Source: Candidatus Eiseniibacteriota bacterium
GTDB lineage: Bacteria > Eisenbacteria > RBG-16-71-46
Direction of reading: 5' to 3'
NCBI GenBank assembly: GCA_963776245.1
Contig: CAVZLN010000009.1
Span: forward strand, 160,001 to 224,000
DNA: 64,000 nucleotides
Part shown: piece after piece, positions 62,711 to 64,000 of the stretch
Layout of the letters: each line of letters starts with the position of its first letter
How positions within the stretch are numbered: the first letter of the stretch is position 1
Program-made: the position numbers and the translations under genes
Notes under the pieces: generated by a model
Seen by the model: only the letters and a program-made list of their open reading frames with translations
Database searches by the model: none
Told to the model about the DNA's origin: nothing

Positions 62711-64000
62711 TCAGTCCAGCACCACCACGCGCCGCGTGCGGACCCCGCCGGCCGATTCGAGACACACCAGGTACACCCCCGCTCCGAGCGGGCGGCCGTC
62801 GGCCGCGCGTCCGTCCCACGCCACCTCGTGCGGGCCGGCCGCGCGCGCGCTCGAGGAGCGTGGCCACGCTGCGCCCGCCGACGTCGAACACCCGCACCCG
62901 CGCCGGCCCCGTCGCCGGCAGGGTGAAGCGCACGCGCAGCGCGCCCCGCGCGGGCGTGAACGGGATCGGGGCGGGAGGCGCGAGCGCGAGCGCTCCGCGG
63001 CCTCGCCGCCCGGCTCCACCGCGAGCGGTCCCATCGCGCTCACCGCGACCGTCATCACGTTGACGGGCTCGCACACGAAGTCCACCTCGACGCGCGCGGT
63101 CCGTTCACCACCAACTGGCGCGGACGGTGCCCCCGGTGGCGGCGTACACGCTGTCGTGGTCGGGCATCACGAACACCAGCCGAGCGCTCTCGAACCGCTC
63201 GTAGTAGCGGTTGGTGACCACGGCGGTGAGTCCGGCGCGGGTGCCGTCGTTGGGGCCGCTCCACGCGATGGTGAGCGAGTCCACCGGGCGACTGGCGTGC
63301 CGCCGCGTGGTGCATCGGGCCGGGGACGATATCGCCGCCGGCGAAACGGAAGATGCGGAAGGTGCGATTGCCGTCCACCGTCGCCTGCAGCCCGAGGTCG
63401 AAGGGGCGCGCGGCGCGGTTGCCCTCGGCGACGCTGTGCACGTGCCCCCAGATGGCGCCGTAGAGGCCGGGCGGCAGCGGGTGGACCTGGGACATCGCGG
63501 CCCCCGGGGCAGCCGTTCGCCAGCGTGCCGCCGAAGTCGTAGTGGTAGAACAGCAGCGCGGTGTGGCCCTGCGGGAGCGCGGCGAGATCGTCCGCGAGCC
63601 AGGCTCATCTGGTCGGCGGTGAAGCTCTGCGCGCCGTAGAGGTCGGTCCGGTAGTGGTCGTACGAGCCGTTGTTGATGTAGCCCTCCATGCCGATGACGT
63701 GGAGCGGCCCGTAGTCGAAGGTGTAGTCCTGGGTGCGACGCGGGTCCCCCACCGGAGGATCGGCGAGGAACGGCCAGCCGAACTGAGCGCCACCACGCGC
63801 GACGCGAGGTGCCGTCGGGCGGTGGGGTGGTCTGCCAGCCGCCGAGGTCGTGGTTGCCCGACACCAGGAACACCGGCGCGTCGATGCGCCCGAGCAGCGC
63901 CTTGGCTGCGGGCCATCTCGTACACCCCCAGGTAGTCCTCGAGCTCGCCCTCGTTCACGAGGTCGCCGGTGTGGAGCACGAACTCGGGGTGGATGAGATT
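62711..64000 (-). CDS. Metallophosphoesterase with C-terminal FlgD-Ig/CTD-like domain (partial, frameshifted)
   Basis: HTGDLVN, GNHD, DYTFDYG and WGHVH in different frames. C-terminus VRVFDVGGR...WDGR..DGR.LGAGVY...RRVVVLD. Confidence 0.7.

Overview
A very GC-rich bacterial chromosomal window. Secreted proteins with FlgD-Ig/T9SS-like C-terminal domains, a C25 gingipain, a GWxTD protein and T-[WF]-G-x-[IL]-K-A-R-Y-R tails suggest an FCB-related lineage such as Candidatus Eisenbacteria; this is inference only. Most genes are housekeeping, envelope, or peptide/glutamate metabolism: the start of gltX, gdhA, sucA-sucB-lpdA, RND and ABC exporters, two OPT transporters, S46 and C25 peptidases, and an ammonia-lyase. 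Four things stand out. (1) An apparently intact archaeal-type Glu-tRNA(Gln) amidotransferase, gatE-gatD, overlapping a glutamine synthetase gene in a bacterium. (2) An HNH endonuclease gene with an in-frame array of six 20-bp palindromes at 36-bp period whose arms co-vary. (3) A shared C-terminal tail on two unrelated secreted proteins, a candidate sorting signal. (4) An STT3/AglB-like membrane glycosyltransferase with an altered WWDYG motif. The last ~3.6 kb has many frameshifts, probably sequencing indels. I found no rRNA, tRNA, CRISPR array or transposase. All calls come from motif recognition without database searches, and many start codons are estimates.
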